Positions 60,674-64,000 of a DNA stretch of 64,000 nt are shown piece after piece (position 1 is the stretch's first letter; the number at the start of each line of letters is the position of its first letter). The stretch comes from Octopus vulgaris (Eukaryota). A program made the translations under genes and the position numbers. Location: contig OX597840.1 of NCBI GenBank assembly GCA_951406725.2, positions 3,782,001-3,846,000 of the forward strand. The letters are read 5' to 3'. The notes below the pieces were generated by a model, which saw only the letters and a program-made list of their open reading frames with translations, was not told the DNA's origin and made no database searches.

Positions 60674-61019
60674 ATATATATATGTGTGTGTCTGTGTGTG
60701 TGTGTGTGTGTGTGTGGGTGTGTGTGTGTCTGTGAATGTATGTGTGTATACACGTATTTATACGTATATAGGATATATGCGTACGTGTGTGTGAGAGAGT
60801 GAGAGTGTCTATGTGTGTGTGTGTGTCTATGTGTGTATCACTCCTTACGTACGTGCGTGCTTTACGATGGTGAAGTGTCGGTGGTTAGGGTGAAAGGTGA
60901 GCTAAACTCGCTAGGGGGCGCGGAAGGTGTGTGTAAGATGAAATTGAGTGAGAGATAAGGTGGTAGGGGGGAGGATGAATACGAAGATGGTAAAGGTGAT
61001 CGTGGAGTAAAGGGGCGTG

Positions 61020-61095
<76 letters not shown>

Positions 61096-61411
61096 GTGTG
61101 TGTATGGAGTTCGTCAGTGGAGAAATCTCTTTGAATCTCACTTGCAATAACATTTCAGTTAAGAGGATTTCTGGTTAGAAATGACAAGTTCAGACATAAG
61201 ACACTGTCTTAGCGGTAGCACCGACACACATACAGATTCAGAAGCGGTAGCAGTGGCTGTGGCGGCGGCGGAGGAGGTGGGGAGCGGTGGAGATGACGGC
61301 ATCATGAACATCGTCATCATCATCATCATTATCAACATCCTTCTCATAATCATCAGTATCGCCCTCATCATCATCATCGTCATTATCATTATTTTACCAT
61401 CGTCGTAATCG

Positions 61412-61450
<39 letters not shown>

Positions 61451-62001
61451 CCACCACCATCATCATCATCATCATCATCATCATTATCATCACTCCCATA
61501 ATCTTCCTCATCATGAAAATCGTTGTCGTCGGCGACGGCGTCGTCGTCACCGTCATCGTCATCATCATCATTATCATTGTCATAATCATAAATATAATCA
61601 GTTATCATCATCGTGGTAGTGGTCGTCGTCATTACCATCGTTATCATCATCACCACCACCACTGCCACCACTACCACCGCTGCCACCACCACCACCACCA
61701 CTGCCACCACCACCACCACCACTGCCACCACCACCACCACCGCTACATAAGCATTTTGTAGAGAATATAAATTATTTTATCTAATTAGTTCATCTCCCGA
61801 TTGGGGTACCACGCCGTTGCGATCCTCCTGATATAAATGTGTGTGGGGGTACATATTTGTACGTCTTTTTCATATAATTTTTCGTTAGGCCTTCCATTCA
61901 GAAAATTCCGCGGGCCGCAGGTTGCCCATTTATACTAAAATGTGTGGCGTAGACATATATGCACTCACGTACACATAGATATGTTCATACACACGCACAC
62001 A

Positions 62002-62415
62002 CAGACGTGGCTGCGTTGTAAGTAGCTTGCTTCCCAGCCACACAGCTCTGGGTTTCAGTCCCACTTCGTGGCACCTTGCGCAAATATTTTCTACTATAGC
62101 CTCGGGCAGACCAAAGCTTCATGAGTGGATTTGGTAGACGGAAACTGAAAGAAGCCCGTCGTATATATATATGTGTGTGTGAGTGTGTGTGTGTGTGCGT
62201 GTGTCTGTCTGTCTGTCTGTCCTCCCATCACCGCTTGACAACCGGTGTCGGTGTGTTTACGTCCTTGTAACTTAGCGGTTCGGCAAAAGTAAAAACGATA
62301 GGATAACCACTAGGCTTTGAAAATAAGTCCTGGAATCGATTTGCTCGACTAAAACCCTTCAAGACGGTGTTCCAGCATGGCCGCAGTCAAATGATTAAAA
62401 CAAGTAAAAGAATAA
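62002..62415 (+). mobile_element. Family B SINE, full length
   Basis: Head, middle, internal TA/TG and tail all present. Confidence 0.9.
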
Positions 62416-62621
62416 ACGAATGCGTGCGTGTGAATGTATGTATGTATGTATGTATGTGTGTGTGTGTGTGTCTGTGTGTGTGTGTGTCTGTGTGTGTGTG
62501 TGTGTGTCTGTGTGTGTGTGTGTGTGTGTGTCTGTGTGTGTGTCTGTGTGTGTGTCTGTGTGTGTATGTTATATGTGAATATATATTTCGCAAATAGAAT
62601 ACCTTTTGTATACAATATATA

Positions 62622-63024
62622 CACAGGATGTTCCAGAATTAATCTCTTTCAGTGAAATCGGACAACTTTTTAAAGAACTCTCTTCTATTTACGTTTATAA
62701 GGTTTAATATGTGTTAAAAGTGTAAAAAAATTTAATCTTGGTTATAATTTTATAACTTTTATAATTTTTTTGATAAATATATTTTCACTCTTATTGGATC
62801 CTGCTTATCTGTCCACGACAGCTTTTCCTCAATTTGGGTGCACTCGTTTCCTCTACTTCCATCCCCAGGATGTAGCAATAATTTAGCAGAACTTAAAAGA
62901 ATGCACTCAGAGAGCAGTGCGGGAGATGAGTCTTGAAATGCTTCAAAATGTGTTTTGCAACAATAAGGAGAGATTTGAAATTTGCAGGGATTCAGACGGA
63001 ACACACGTTGAGAATTTTCAATAA
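62622..63024 (+). mobile_element. Tc1/mariner-superfamily relic (TIR-like start plus transposase C-terminus)
   Basis: caggatgttccagaa resembles cagggtgttcc TIRs; EMSLEMLQNVFCNNKERFEICRDSDGTHVENFQ* resembles the ...RLxxCxxxxGGHFE* end. Confidence 0.6.
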
Positions 63025-63080
63025 AGCTTCGACATAAGCTTTATAAATCTATTTCTTACCTTATTATGATTAAGTAATAT

Positions 63081-63250
63081 GTTTCTCTCCTTGTTTCTCT
63101 CCTTGTTTTTTTTTCCGTGTATCTTTCTGTGGAAGAGCGTAGGCTCGAAACGTAAAAGACTTTTTCTATTCCTGAGCGTTATACTAATACATTTGTTTGT
63201 TTGTACTCCACCTGCCTTCGTCTTTTGTTTATTTTCGTAAACTTTCCCGT
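63081..63250 (+). mobile_element. Hammerhead-like element, subfamily H2, copy 2
   Basis: Homologous to 60068-60264; ends at (TA)n. Confidence 0.75.
63122..63159 (+). ncRNA. Minimal hammerhead fold with variant core CUGUGGA
   Basis: tcttt-CTGTGGA-a-gagc-gtag-gctc-GAAAC-GTA-aaaga: 5-bp stem I, 4-bp stem II, ACGU palindrome, GUA cleavage triplet. Confidence 0.55.
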
Positions 63251-63260
63251 TATATATATA

Positions 63261-63322
<62 letters not shown>

Positions 63323-63337
63323 TTTGTATGTATATAC

Positions 63338-63462
63338 AGGACGAGCTTCTTTCAGTTTCCGTCTATCAAATCAACTCAAAAGATTTTGGTCAATCCAGAG
63401 CTATAACAGAAGACCCACATAATTGCGAAGGAAGCTTCTGAACCATTCAGCCACGTCTGCGT
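63338..63462 (-). mobile_element. Family B SINE 5' part, degenerate
   Basis: gcttctttcagtttccgtctatcaaatcaactca. Confidence 0.7.
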
Positions 63463-64000
63463 TTATAAGACAACTATTTCAAAATATATTTCAGCTATTT
63501 TAATCAAAAATCACAGGAAAGCTGTTGCGTTTATTTTGACATTGGTTATCGACAGCTTTTAAATTTATTCCATTTGTCTGTTTTCCCTTTGTTTTGTTTT
63601 GCTTTTAGTTTGATAGTCGATGCCAAGTACTATTCATTCGTCAAATAAGGAAATATATTTCGTCCATGATGTCTGCTCTATCTTCTGTTACTAAGATACA
63701 GTCTGTGTTTAAAGCGCTGAATTTTTGCCTCATATTTTGCTATTAGCAAAGAGCTGACTGCCATAACTAATCGTTTCATTTGTTCGTTTCGAAATCATTT
63801 ATATTTAACCTAATCTATAATTAATATACTTGTGTTATCAACTAATGATTTTATTTCCCTTATCTAGTCATGTCTAGTTTTTGATTGGTTTATTCTGCGA
63901 TACGTAAATATACGTTAGATTGGAAACACAGATGTGATAAATCTTTCATGAAATAAATGTATAATTTCGACATTGTCGTGTTTCTAATATCATAGCAAAT

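Noticed and set aside
61905-61928. gcgggccgcaggttgccca (and cagtggttctcga at about 54191) resembling hAT ends
   Set aside because: Too short, with no partner TIR or 8-bp TSD found.

Overview
Eukaryotic, AT-rich, microsatellite-saturated DNA with no host protein-coding exon that I can support; almost every ORF in the track is a translation of simple repeats. The repeat content (tRNA-derived SINE families, Penelope-like elements inside (TA)n, Dong/R4 inside (TAA)n, mariner relics) looks like an octopus/cephalopod intron or gene desert, which is an inference. Contents: (1) at least four tRNA-SINE families, about 30 copies, three with clear 15-22 bp target-site duplications; (2) a decayed Penelope-like retroelement (RT + GIY-YIG, Naiad-like) at about 13.9-15.6 kb plus further fragments; (3) four ~200 bp (TA)n-associated non-coding elements, each with a minimal hammerhead-ribozyme fold; (4) an R4/Dong LINE 3' fragment; (5) four Tc1/mariner relics; (6) several long inverted repeats. 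The most interesting observations are the hammerhead mini-elements (retrozyme-like, one subfamily with a shared CUGUGGA core variant) and a Nin-domain SINE built as modular concatemers that always join at the same nucleotide of the anticodon-arm hairpin. All alignments and folds were done by eye, so the boundaries of degenerate elements are approximate.
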